This document shows positions 22,090 to 34,938 of a DNA stretch of 64,000 nucleotides, piece after piece. How positions within the stretch are numbered: the stretch's first letter is position 1; each line of letters begins with the position of its first letter. Position numbers and translations under genes: made by a program. The notes beneath the pieces are model-generated. The model worked only from the letters and a program-made list of their open reading frames with translations, made no database searches and was not told the origin of the DNA. Source of the stretch: Yuukianura sp. NJ FZ-2021 (Eukaryota); NCBI GenBank assembly GCA_046563655.1, contig CM102283.1, positions 806,001 through 870,000 on the forward strand. Reading direction: 5' to 3'.

Positions 22090-22870
22090 GGTGTAATATG
22101 TTTTCATTTTATAGGTGATTTTCCGGAATTTAAGACGACGGTGCCAGACTTGCGGGTCATTGCCGTGCTTGTGGGAAGGGCCCACTCACACGAGCATCTG
22201 CGACAGAACACTTCAGCCTTCAGCATCCCCACAACATGTCCCAGCTTCCATGTAGCCGTGCGGAAAAGGTGGTCGCGCTTCCAGGGGACGAGCATCATTC
22301 AACATGCTTGTTTTGCGTCTGCGGGGAACACTTTGAGGTAAGATTCTGACTCAAAATGAGATTCTTTGTTCATGTGAATTTATGTGTCGCTACTTCTCCA
22401 GAGCATACGAGACAAACTAGAACATCGAAAGAGGTGTTTTCGATGTCACTGTGGCTTCAGTGCCAGGAGCCGGACCGGACTCGGAACCCATGTCAACTAC
22501 CATTGCATGTCTCGCGCCTCTTGTGGAAAGAAATACAAACAGAGGGCTACATGAAAAATCACCTAAAGAACTGTTTTCGCTGTATCGATGCAAACTGCCG
22601 ATACATGTACAAGGTCTTGGCCGAACTAACATAACATCGTCAGTTGTGCTTACTCCAGCCTCTAATTGAGAAATGTGATCACTTTAGGTAATTAATTCGA
22701 ACCAATTTTTCATATCAGTGAGATAAATTTCCTCCATTTCAGAAACCCAGCCGCCAACTACTACTGCCACTGCGCCTCGTGATTCTACAGTCCAAGAAGT
22801 TAGCGAAACTGCAGGACGGAGAAAACAGAAATTACCTGGAAAGCGCGCAACGCCACGGAAGAGGTAGATG
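22090..22870 (+). pseudogene. Frameshifted paralog of the Cys/His-rich gene at 6885-8650
   Basis: FCVCGEHFE | SIRDKLEHRKRCFRCHCG...HLKNCFRC...HRQLCLL aligns with FCECGEQFE | SVADKMSHFAKCFNC...HMKKCIRC...HRSLCLL, with the same intron position and donor (GTAAGATT). Confidence 0.7.
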
Positions 22871-23708
22871 CCGACCTAACATGACCTAACATAACATCGT
22901 GATGCTTCTGGATATATTATGCAGGTATCTTAAACGATCAATTTTTTGACTAACTACATAATTCACGTTTTCTTTTTTTTTAGCAAAAAATAAACGCCAA
23001 AGGCGATTTTCAAGTTAGCTAAAAAAAATGGCGGGAACAATTCTGAATTCAGAATGATTTTAATTACGCCTAAACATGATTGTCGTGGGTAATGATTGCC
23101 TACTGTTCAAATAAAAAGAACTTAAATGGCTGTCTCATTGGCAGCCGCCGGAACCATTTCCATGACGTTATCAGCCACTGCCGCACGACGCATCGTGAAC
23201 ACTGGCAACCGAAAGCTGCGCAGGCGATGCTTGTAGCGCTTCCAAACGATGACGGCTCCAACGATCAACGAGGCGACAATGAGTCGTGTGGATTGAAAAT
23301 CGTATTTAGTTTCGGACTCATCTTTGAACTAGGATAATGGCAAACAAAACGGAAACTAGGAACTTTTGTAGAATCTTTGTAGAATGTGCTGACCACTGCG
23401 TGTACCAAAACATACTGACAGCGCCCTGACTTCCCAAGACGCTTCGAAATTTGTAAAATCTCCCCAACCTCGCCAGAGTGCAATTTTTACTGGATTTTGA
23501 AACGCATGTACTATTTGTCAAATAACTCACATTTGTCACGGCAATTTAGATTTTCTTTCGTTTTGCTTAGGTTTTATTTTAGAAAAGATGAGCCAAAAAA
23601 TTGATGAGCCAAATTGAAAAACGTAAAGATTAACACGTTTACTTTAGCTGAGAAATTACAAGGATGTTTCAGAGATTTGCTTTTACCGAGAATTTTCGAA
23701 AAAAAAAA

Positions 23709-24700
23709 TTAAATGGGAGGTGGGATTCCGAGTAGTTGTGTAGACATTGCATTGTCATCGAAATTCTCATCCCAGAAAGTATTACCTGGTGGGACAAGCA
23801 TTTGATCTTGCGAATCAGCAAATGTGAAATGCGCCATGTCATCCAGGGAAGTGAAGGTCGGGGCTGACGGATCCCCTATGGTTTTCATTTCGCTATCTAT
23901 TACCTCCATTTCGCTGTCAATTCCCTCCAATCCATATTCCCTCAGACTCTCCTCCGCTTCCTCTGGTGAAATTGGAATTAAATTCATGAGGTCCAAATAA
24001 TTTTTTTGGAACTCTTCCTTCGATTCTTCCAAGTCTTCCCCCTTTGACACTGCATTGTCCATTTTTTTGTGTGCTAGGGCCTGGTTTCTCCAATGGAGGA
24101 CGGTGGTCAGCCTTGATCCTCTTGGCTCCCCTAGTAGCAACAATGACTGGTGGTCGCTTCTGCGCAGCCTCAGTTTTCATCACTGAAATTATTTTTTATT
24201 TTAGCAAATGTGACGGAAAAGAACAGATTGATGTTATTTGAAAATTATAGTGCTTTCATTTCGAGATTCGCTTCCAACAGTTTTTTGCCCAAATCTCGTC
24301 CCTGGTTGCTGTTAGTGGGTTGGCGAAAGCATTCCGCTTGAACATTTGAACTGCAGGATCCGGTGACCTGCCAAAGACTTCGCTGTACAAAATCAGCCTT
24401 TTTGAAGTGTTGTATTTCACTGAAGAAACAATTTTCAACGTATCCTGGTCGACGCAAATTATAATGTCCGGCTTCCTGAGGAACTGTTTGATCCTGTCAC
24501 AGGATTCTTTCAACAGCTTCGTGACACAGACAGTCAGCATTGTCAGTTCCTTTGCCCGCTACTCTGTTGTAGCGACCATAGACAAAGATTACAACCATGT
24601 TGCTTTGCTAAAAGGTGCTTGGATTAGAAGGTTCTCGATGAGACAAAGTGTCAGACACGACTAATTAGCCTCGACCAGGGTACAATCGTTTTATAGAGAC
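23709..24700 (-). pseudogene. Decayed hypothetical ORFs downstream of the PolB fragment, probably from the same Maverick-like element
   Basis: Closely packed, intron-free, frameshifted minus-strand ORFs (23709-24183, 24245-24540) co-oriented with the PolB remnant; no recognisable domain. Confidence 0.35.
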
Positions 24701-24837
24701 TTTTTGGTCGTAATGCTGAATATCCAAAGTAGCAGTTTTCTCCCAGGCAAAACAAACTGGAAAATCTCACAAAAAAAAGCAAAGGGGAACTGAAAGTAGC
24801 GCAACAAGTACAGGGTCTGACAATTTTTTTAAAATCT

Positions 24838-27800
24838 TCACTTGTTGGTTTTGTTTGTTTTCGAGCGATCGTGAGAAGATTTCGAAGCAACACTGCAGTC
24901 CAGTTCCGGTTTTGGAGTTTCGCAATACTCAAAGGGGTACAAGAGATGATTTGAAATAAATCTCCGCTTCAGACAACAGGCACCGATTCCCTTTCTATTC
25001 ACTTCCATTTTTATAATTTCATCATTCTGAAACCGGACGGTGGCAACGGTCACTTGTGCCGGAGGATGACCGAACCCCTAGCTACCCCATAGGATATGAT
25101 AGGTTATGTACACATTACATACAGACGTATGAGTGAGGGAGTCAGTCTCAATACAGCCTTTTACTGAGCAACAAGCTCTTCCTGTGTCTCGTCTTCTCGT
25201 TTGACTTCATCAGCGGCTGACCTCGGCTCCACCGGGCAGCCATACAGAAGATATCCAGCCAGTTCCCGCTGCACGTGGCGACTAGTGACTCAGGACGAGG
25301 CTGGATCCGAAGATCCAAAGAACACAGAGGAAAACACCGAAAAACTAAACTTCAAAAAAAGGTACCCCCTAACAAACTAAACTGCAACTTCTTGTGCTTG
25401 CTATTGCTGTATTCTGTTGAGTAAGTGGTTTCAGGTCATCATAACGTAAATTCCTACACGTGTCATGTCCGATTTTCTAAAAAAGGCTGAAAACTTAGCG
25501 TTTTTCTAAAATTTTCAAAATGGCGACGGGATGAGTCGGCCATAAAGCAAAAAAAAGAGAGAAGAAAAAAATATCGGATAAAAAAAAGTAAGTCAAAAAG
25601 CAAGAAACCGTAATCAGCGAATTTACATATCCAATTATCTTTTCCTTTCATTGCATCCAGTGCACTTAACCAAACATAACGGAACACAGCATCAGCACAT
25701 AAGCAAACAAATCCTTCCAGCTTCCTTTGCTTATATCTTGATGACAACATCCTTGATGGTCTCTGCGCAAACTTTTTCTTCTAAAACTGCCTTGTACAGG
25801 CAAATTCCTTGATGGGAACAACGTCAACGGCCCAGCATTTACTTACAAAAAGAAATAAACAATCCCTTGATGGGAACTAACGTTAACTGTTAGGTTTAAC
25901 GTAGAAACAAATTCAAATTGACAAAAAATCACAGAATTTAACTCAAAAATTAAAAACAAACCCCAATCAGCGGAATAACGGCAAAAAAAGCAAATTTCCA
26001 AGAAAAGAAAATCACATTCAACTAAATAATTCAATTCTTTTGTCAGATTGACAGAATCCAACTACTACCTAACGCCCTGGCAGGGAAATTCAAACAGAAA
26101 ATCAAAAAATCAAAGTGGCCGAGAACGGAAATCCCAAAGATGGTATAGTCCTACCAGAATTTTTTGAAGGTCTCCCGTCAACATCAAATCAAACACAAAC
26201 TCAAAGTCAACGAGAATTACAATCAACGAAACGACGTCTATCGCCCCATTCTCAGAAGAACAAATCTAGTATATGACACAACTGATGTCCATGGTCATAA
26301 AAGAATCGTTCAAAATTCGAGATCAAGAAAAAGCGCAAACTTCAAATTTAATTGAGCAACCTGAATTTCAAGAAAATCAAAATTTAAACTATTAATCTCG
26401 CCGAAAGAACCTCAATTTTATCTTCGTATTTTAAAACTACCCAAATTAATTATTGCGGCAACATAAGTTCAACACTTTCCAATTGGCAAATTCTAAATTC
26501 AAAATCTTCAAAACCTACTAAAATGGAAACTTTAATTCTACATCCAAACTCTCAAAACATTGCAAATTCAATCCAATACAAAAATAGGCAACGACATCTA
26601 CAACAAGATCCGGATGGGTCATGAAGGCAAATTAAAAAACTCTATTTTTTTAAAACCATTTCTGGTTGCACTTCATTCCATCATGTCACTACAGAAATCC
26701 AAATCAACATTCAGTCATGGATTCTACTCAACTCAAGAAATTCAATCTACGCAATCAATTCCAAGAAATTACTTCAGAATCTTCGAAACATTCTAAGTTA
26801 GTTCAACAAACACTCAATCTTCAATTTTTACATCAAAGGAATTTTCCTACAAAACAATAAGGAAATGGCCATAAAAAAATACAATTCAAAACCTACCAAA
26901 TTATTGACAGCTTAAATTCTTCCAGACCTTGGCAGGGTAACTCCTACAATTACAGATGAACCTTAACACCTGATTAATCATAACTCAACCAAAAATCCAA
27001 ACTTGGATTCACCTCTCAAGATACCAGTCTGATCAACTGATTGTCATAACCCCAATTATCAATCAAGAAAATCTCAAGAAATCAATAAAGCATAACAAAT
27101 CAAATAAATCAATACTTAAATAAAATACCATGATGGTAATCCAAGAAAATCAAATAAAATAAAATAAAATACTCACATGAGTCTATTAATTGTTTTGAAG
27201 GCTAAAAGTATGTTCCAAAAAACTCAAAAAATTAAATTAAAAAAGAATTCAGATGATACTCAAAAGAAAATTTAAAAAGAAATAGTTCAAGATGCACTTC
27301 AAAATAAGAATAAAAAAAAAATCAATCAATGGATCAGTATCAAAATGGCAAACCAGTGTTAATCGCGCTCAAAAATAAATAATGAATGCATCAACAAAAA
27401 AAAATAAAGAGATTTACCAGTTTACATTTACAAAACTTGCAACTTCAGTACTCTTAACTATCTATGTGAAATCAAAAGAATGTTCTCTACAACTTACAAG
27501 ATATCCACAACATTGTTAACTTGTCGTCATACTCTATTTACTAAAACGGAAAAACATCTTCGAAAAAGAGTTACTAACGCTTCGAAAAGCGAATTCTCCG
27601 AATAATTGTCATAAAACCCTTAAAAACTGTACAGAAGTCTACCGTACTACAGAGATTGCAATTACTACAAAAAGCAAATCAAATCTAAACAAACCATGTC
27701 ACAAATTTCGACAGAACTCGATCCCAAAAAAACTCAGTTCAAGAACTGAACTACTAAATTCATCACCAATTAAATCAAATTGAACTTCGAAATGCCAACT

Positions 27801-28670
27801 AATTCCAAATCAGTAATTTAAATTCCGAAAATTATTATTCGTACATTCAAGAAACTTAAACCAATTTCAAATTGGTTCCGAAATGCCCAAGAAGTGGAAT
27901 ATATAAACAAAACAAAATCTCTATCCCAATTCCTTCATGAAGTCTCGGGATAAAATTGAAAACACTGCGAAATCAAAAAATTTTTTGCAAATCAAAAAAT
28001 AAAAAAAAATCAATTTTCCAATCATTTTAAACTAATTTTAAAATACATTTGAAAAACTCCCTGCGAAATCTTTGAATTTTGCAAAAGAATAAAATTATCA
28101 AAAAAAAAATAAAATCATTAAAACAACAAAAAACAGAAAAAATTACAAAACTTACAAAAAATAAAATTTTCAAAATAAAAATTTCATTCCCCACTCTACG
28201 CCAATTGGTAGTCTCTCGACTACGAATTCGAGCCATATGACCAAAGGACCCCACTGAGGCCGGTAAGGACCCTCCAGGAAGGAGGCCCACTTTTTCCGGG
28301 TAGAATGTGCACCGGAGGATGACCCCAGCTACCCAGTAGGATATTATAGGTTATGTACACATTACATAGAGATGTATGAGTGAGGGATTCAGTCTGAATA
28401 CAGCCTTTTACTGAGCAGCAAGCTCTTCCGGTGTCTCTCGTCTGTTCATTGACTGTTCATTGACCTTGCTCGTCTAGCTGACCTCGGCTCCACTGAGCAG
28501 CCATACAGGAGAGTACTATCCAGTTCCCGCTGCACACTTGTAGCTGTTTTGCTTCACATGATTCCAACACATAGTCTTTGAAGTGCTGATGCTTTAGGTG
28601 TTTTCTTGTCCAAGATTTCGAAATTCCTGAACATTTGGTAACCTCCTTTCCTGCGCCTAGGATTCTAAGG
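24838..28670 (-). pseudogene. C-terminal fragment of a protein-primed family B DNA polymerase (Maverick/adintovirus type), split by an LTR element
   Basis: Joining 28670-28535 to 25050-24838 gives GKEVTKCSGISKSWTRKHLKHQHFKDYVLESCEAKQLQVTVATVRFQNDEIIKMEVNRKGIGACCLKRRFISNHLLYPFEY. This follows the pPolB C-terminal pattern KxKG(V/I)...Y..CL...IR...I....K..L....KR.....P.G(H/Y). Confidence 0.65.
25055..28534 (+). mobile_element. Full-length but non-coding (decayed) LTR retrotransposon, Ty3/Gypsy-like
   Basis: Direct repeats 25055-25273 and ~28308-28534 with TG...CA ends; PBS TGGCGACTAGTG 2 nt after the 5' LTR (25276); 4-bp TSD CACT at 25051-25054 and 28535-28538; A-rich interior with no intact gag/pol. 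Confidence 0.9.
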
Positions 28671-28689
28671 ACGGAATCAACTTAAGTAA

Positions 28690-29590
28690 AACCTGAATGA
28701 CAACCTGTAGGACATTCGGAGTACTACTGCTTCCGAAAATTTTTCCATTCAATACCTGGAGGACTCAACAGAATCAGAGCCAACGATCGAAGAAATTGAC
28801 TTAACATCCAACACAAAGACGATGAAGCTATAAATGGTTGTAACTTCATAAAAATTTTGTAAACCAAGAGCTTAAAAACTATAAAAAAAATTACATTCTA
28901 TCATGGATAAATTTAAATTCTTGTTCGGTTAATTTTATGTGGACATTAGATTTTGTTGACGGAGAGTTCTATTAGGAGTTTATGGAGTTGTGAGTTAAAG
29001 GGTTGAAACTTAAACACCTATTTAAATTGCATGTTAAAAGTGTAAAGTTTCAATCGAGAATCTGCTGATTTGTTTGCCATTTATCCCCCAAGAAGTAGCA
29101 ACCTATCAAAAGTGAAATGAAATACAAAAAACTATCGAAACTTTCTGTTCTAAACGGAACTGCCTAGCCTTTTTGCCGAGATGGCACACCCAGGCTTCAG
29201 CGAAAAAAAATTGCATCTACATTGCTAGGGGACGCAAGCTACTTTCCTTGTTAAAGGTGAAGCGTCCGGCCCCACCTTTCAGTTGCGAGCAATGTTCAGA
29301 AGTGGCTCTCCCAAAAAAGAAGATGTATCTATTATTATACTAACGTGGGGACGTAAGTCCGAATCTGCATCTTGTTAGCGATGGTCATTCCCAAATTTAA
29401 GATGCAAAATTACGAGCAAATCAATCGCACTTGGTACAAAATTTTCTAGCTAAATCTTTAAAACATTGCTCAGAATGAAAAACCGGAGCACGAGCGACCA
29501 ATTTTGATATGGCTGTTTCCTCTATATGTTGTAATCTATTTCTGTTAGTTCCTCCAATGTTGATAAACTGAGAAATACGTTTTCTTTAAC
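28690..29590 (+). mobile_element. Second, more decayed 3' end of the LTR family seen at 20590-21588
   Basis: DSTESEPTIEEIDL resembles WSDSESIIEEVNL; TTTTATGTGGACATTAGATTTTGTTGACGGAGAGTT (~28932) matches TTTTATGTGGACATAAAATTTCCTTGAAGGAGAGTT (~21058). Right boundary uncertain. Confidence 0.55.
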
Positions 29591-30479
29591 ATGTTACGCA
29601 ATAACTCGGGTTAGGTTCGGTTGAGGTAGTTCAGCAAAATTTTCAAAAAATGAGTTCACCCAAGTTTACTTTTTGTCGTCGTGGCAATTTGAATTTCAAA
29701 AAGTTCAAGAAGATCAACCCTGATGCTGAATCTGTTTTTTGTTAATTTGTAAACACAATTTAGTTCCAAAATGGTTCTATTTGGTGTTTTTGGAGGATTT
29801 ATTTTAAACATCGAGTCATTGCCTAACCTGTTAAAGAAAACCTATCTCGATGTCAAGACACCAATTGGAATGTTAGTCTTCTGGAGACGCATGTCCTCGA
29901 CATGCTGAGGAAGACTATGTTTACATGACACACGTCATTTACATAAATTACATCATATTCTGATAACATAATATAGATATGTATGTTGTTGCAATACATG
30001 AAAATTTTGCGACAAATTACATTCTTTTAATGTATCGTGTGTTCCGAAAGTTTGCTTCATCTTTCTCTGCACAAAACTAAGACTCCATTAACTAATGGTT
30101 GGACGTGAGAGACAAGATGAAGAATTTATACCCCGTTTCAGCTATTTACACGACGTGTGTATTTTTTTGCCACCTTTCTTTTGTGACTGCTGAGCGAGAG
30201 TCCCAGCACTTTGGCTGCGAAGAGGTCACACAAGAAAGGATACACTCCGAACTCTCAATTTGGTGAAACCAAGTTTAATAGGGATACACCTCATCCCCAC
30301 ACAAGGAGGAAAAAGATAGAACGGACATGGAACACACGACACCGAAAGTTATGTAATGCAAACGTAACTTGATGAGAAAAAGCACATCAAGAACAATGCG
30401 CTTGACCTACAATAATACTGTTAATCATCAATTCGTGTAAAGTAAAGTGTTAGTTCCAAAGTTTTTCGACCTATTTCTG

Positions 30480-31450
30480 TAAATGTGCTTCCACCGTTCT
30501 CTAGCGTGGCCGCCCACAACTGCGCTTGGTTGTGCACCTTACTTATTTTAATACGTTATATGTAGTTGTGGATTGTACCAGTCATATGCTGCATCTTGAC
30601 GTGCGTCTTCAGCCCATGGAAATTTTACGATTGTAACAGAGTAATCCTAGAAGTCAATTGTTCGCGACAAATGTGGCATTCTGACGTCTTCTCCCGACTC
30701 GGCGTGTTTTGAATGTCAACTCTTCCCGCGCTGGGTTACACCTATGTGAAATGCGAATATTGAAATGCATTCTCACCAGTACGCCGTTTAACGTCATCTT
30801 TTAATTCCTGGAAGTAATTAATTTAGCATTAAAATTATTATTTTTAATTATAAATCTAAAAATTAAGCATAGTATTATACCTCTGATGTGTGTTTGGTAG
30901 TCACAGTCACAGCGAGTGCACTGTAGTTTATGCTTACACAAATTCCGTTTTCTGTGAGCTGGAAAGTCGAGTTTATAGTTCCAAAACGCCTTGGGCATTT
31001 GTGGCACTGGAACCCCCTTTTTCTTGCGTATGTAACCAAATGTTTCTCAAGTGGGGTGCTGGCTTTTAGCAGCATGTGCACATGTTACACGGGTTATGCA
31101 GTGCTTCTTGAGATTACCTTTCGTTTTGAAATCCATTGGACAGTTGCTGCGTTGAAACAATTTTTGGGTGTCGTCGCAACTGTGAATTTGTCGATGGTCC
31201 TTTCCGGCCTTGAATCATTCGGAGCAGACGAAAAGTTTTTCACTGGTACTACATGTGCCGTATTAAAAGAAACTTCCGATAAATCGTTTTGAAACACGTT
31301 GTGCCTTCAAATGCTCAAAAGTTGCGGTGAATTTTCGTTTTTTCGAGTAGGTATCGTGGCTTGACGTTTTTCTGCATTCGACGACGTCAGTTTTTTCCTC
31401 CGTGTGACCTCTGACTTGTCGGCATTTAGATTTCATTCCCCTTTCTCTAA
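30480..31450 (-). pseudogene. Degenerate multi-C2H2 zinc-finger gene
   Basis: Finger remnants in different frames (NCPMDFKTKGNLKKHCIT, FQCHKCPRRFGT, LQCTRCDC, CHICREQ, LKTHVKMQH), with many stops. Confidence 0.65.
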
Positions 31451-31992
31451 AAAATCCAAAGAATAATAAGCCGAGAGCTTGTTTTAGTTTAGTTCTTTTT
31501 AATTTGAAACTTATCTGTTAAGTTACTACAAAGAACTAAGCATGGTCTGGTTTTTTAAATTTTTAGTTTAAAATATAAAAATTAGAAAACTAGTTTTAAT
31601 TTTAGGTTTGCTTAACAAGCCAAAATACCTTTAAAGTGGACATGCATTTTGCGGTGGAAGTGTTCTTTAAAGAGCCGAGTTAAAACTGGACGCAAAAATC
31701 CCTCTCTGCTAATCTTGAAATTTTTCTTCAGTGTTTCAGTCGAAAAACTTTAGTGTTGTAAAGGAGTTCATTTTTTCAACAAAGTGAACGGTTACTACCG
31801 ATAGATTCTTTCTTTGCTCACGTTTCTGCTTGTTTGTTAAAAGAGAAAATGGAATTTGGTTTCGTTGTACCAAAATAGATGTGGTCCCTTTTTCTTCGAA
31901 ATAGGGAATGAACAAATTTCAAACAATGGTTTTAGAATTTTGACTTGAAAGCATTTATTGAAAGAACTGACTAGAAATGTTTAGGTAATGAG

Positions 31993-32187
31993 CAGGGTTG
32001 TCAAAAATATGTGCTAAAAGCGTCTCAAATATTTATGAAAAACATGCTTTTTTTTAAATCCCCCAAATATTTACTAATTAAGACTATAGGGAATGGGCAA
32101 ATAAGTAAATATTTAGTAACATGAAACCTGAAAATATTTTTGTATTAACATTGCTGGCATCGAGACTAAATATTTTTGACGTCCCTG
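31993..32187. mobile_element. hAT-like MITE, copy 1
   Basis: TIRs CAGGGTTGTCAAAAATA / TATTTTTGACGTCCCTG; imperfect 8-bp TSD GTAATGAG/ATAATGAA; homologous to 49329-49533. Confidence 0.85.
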
Positions 32188-32605
32188 ATAATGAAAAAAG
32201 GTCGCACCTAGAGGAAATTGAAAAAAAGTCAAAGCTTTGTACCGTTACACGGCAAATAAACTCAACACGCCATTTTACGTAGGTTAAAATGGTTACTAAA
32301 GTAAATATTTAAGTGTAAATATAAAACTTAGTAAATACTGGGTTACTGCGAAAAGAACCTTTGTTTGCTAACCACAGCATTTTCTACGATGTCACGTGTT
32401 GAAAAAATACCGTAATCGCCAGATTAAGATACCAGGCGCTTAACTAAACAACACAAACGGTATAACGGGTTTCTATAGGACCATAACTCCTGGAATTCCA
32501 GTATTTTTTCAAAGCGTGACGTCACAAACAAAAACTGTATTGGTTGCTAATGGCTTGGAACTTCTCAGATAAAAAAGTTTTGAGTTACTCTTTTCAAAAA
32601 TATTT

Positions 32606-33640
32606 TCAAATCAAAAACGAAAGGTCAATGACACTTTGCAGAACAGTTTTTCCAAAGACGGTGAGAACGTAGCTATGTGAATCCAGAACAAAGTGGGTTC
32701 CAATGTGGATGGAAATTGGCCTGCGTCCCTTCCAGAATCTGAAGTAGAATTTGTTGCGCCTGTTTAAATTCATGCTTCTGCGACAACAATTGACCGAGTA
32801 GACGTGACACATTGCCGCTAGGGAAATACATGCCTGGAGGGCACAACCGATAACGACAGTCACATTTAGCATGACGTACACGGCTCCTAAGGGTTTATCC
32901 ACCCTGGTGATCAATGCGCAGACGCAGACTATCAACACCAACTGCGACCACATCAGTGCGTACTCCACTATGACGTTAAAGTCTTGGTTTACGAGTGTAT
33001 TCATCAGTTGGTGACACAGATATGTCACTGCGTGAACATTTTTGTTCAATTTTTGATTTGCGAGATCGTCACTACACCAAAACAAATCGATTTTTTGACA
33101 TTTCTAGCTGTGGGATCATACGTTAAAAACGTCATGAACCAAAGATTAGCTTTTATTGGTACCTTAGTTTGATCATCCAGAGACGAGTTGAATTGGTATA
33201 GATCAATGCGCAGTTTGAAAACAAGAAACAGCAAAAGACGACATGGATTGCGCCAAACCAAACGTCACTAATATAATTGTCACTGAAAACAGAGAGAGTT
33301 AGCGCGATGATGGGGACGAGAATGCGCGCGTACTCGAACGCCAAATTAATTGATTTGATGTAAAATTCCAGGCCGTCAGCAATGCTCAGCGGGATTGAAT
33401 GAAGGCGACCTTGAAAGAGAAATTCGTTTCCAGCAAAAAAAAGATATGGATTTTATTAAACTCATAATATTCCAATTCCAATGGTATGAACCAAAACCCC
33501 CAGCATCAGCACTGCAGAACTGATGTAGTTGTCATGGCAACACTACATCACAACCAAACAGAACAACCCCATTGCAAACGAATTCACGCACAGCGCCAGT
33601 GCTGCCACCAAGCGATACCTCACTGACGCGCATACCTTAA
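32606..33640 (-). pseudogene. Divergent 7TM chemoreceptor-like gene, copy A (internal deletions)
   Basis: Multiple hydrophobic helices and a C-terminal FWKGRRPISIHIGTHFVL...VLTVFGKTVLQSVIDL motif resembling the TM7 region of arthropod gustatory/odorant-type receptors. The 5' part has deletions relative to copy B. Confidence 0.65.
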
Positions 33641-33807
33641 TATTATAGTTTGACTTTTTATTTTTGATCCTTTGTTTATTTCGAAAAAGTTGCGTTGCTA
33701 ATAGCAATTTCGATGACTGAACGCAAATGTACGGAACGAATCGGACTAAATGGTACAGCGTAGTTTAGTTTATTAGTTAAAAGTGATGTTGAAAAACAGA
33801 CTTGAAA

Positions 33808-34938
33808 TTAAAGTAAATTTTTGAATAAATTATGTAGTAAATTGACCGAGTTAACGTGACACATTGCCGCCAGCGAAATGCATACCTTGAGGGCACAACT
33901 GATAACGACTGTCACATTTACCATGACGTACACGGCTCCTAAGGGTTTATCCACCCCGGTGATCAATGCGCAAAAGATGATTATCAGCACCAACTGCGAC
34001 CACATCAGTGCGTACTCCACTATGCCACTAAAGTCTTCGTTTACGAGTTTATTCATCAGTTCGTGACACAGATATGTCACTGCGTGGACGTTTCTGCTCA
34101 ATTTTTGATTTGCGAGGTCTTCACTACACCAAAACAAGTCGAATTTTTGACATTTCTAGCTTTGGAAGCGTATGTTTAAAAAAAGTTATGAACCAAAGAT
34201 TAGCTTTTATTGGTACCTTAGTTTGATCATCCAGAGACGAGTCGAATTGGTATAGATCAATGCGCAGTTTGAAAACAAGAAACTGCAAAAGACGCCATGC
34301 ATTCCGGCAGTAATAATGACGACAGAACCGAATCCAATATTTATTTTGATGACGGCTGGATGACGGCTGAGTCCAAGTACGATATGAGCTTCTTCAATGA
34401 TTTTGTGCCATACGTCTTTGAGGTTTGTCACTGAAAGCAAAGAGAAGTATCGCTATGATGGGGACGAGAATGCGCGCGTACTCGAATGCCAAATTAATTG
34501 ATTTGATGTAAAATTCCAAGCCGTCAGCAATACTCAGTGGGATTGAGTGAAGGCGACCTTGAAAGAGAAAACAGTTTTGAGAAAGAAAACTATATAGATT
34601 TTAAAAAAGATTAAATTACGCAAAAATTTGTAGAGTTCCAAGAATTTTGTAATGAAAGATGAAATTTGGTCCATGAAGAGGAAATACCACACTTGGAATC
34701 CCATGACTCCAACGGTGTAAACCAAAGCCCCCAGCATCAGCACAGCGAAACTGGTGTGGTTGTCATGGAAACACCACATCACAGCCAAACAGTACCACCC
34801 AATTGCAAACAAATTCACGCACAACGCCAGTGCTGCCACCAAACGATACTTTCCTGACGTATTGACCTTTTGAAGGAAAGGTAAAAAAATTGAGTAAGCA
34901 GGAATAATTCCTGCTATAATTATTATAGTTTTCTCCAA
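33808..34938 (-). pseudogene. Divergent 7TM chemoreceptor-like gene, copy B (frameshift, C-terminus missing)
   Basis: Closely similar to copy A; introns at ~34618-34560 and ~34214-34160; frameshift near 34440; similarity stops at ~33840, before the final helix. Confidence 0.65.

Noticed and set aside
25180-25215. Minus-strand CTGATGA-AGTC...GAC-GAGA as a hammerhead in the LTR
   Set aside because: GAGA replaces the required GAAA, and the motif is not preserved in the 3' LTR.
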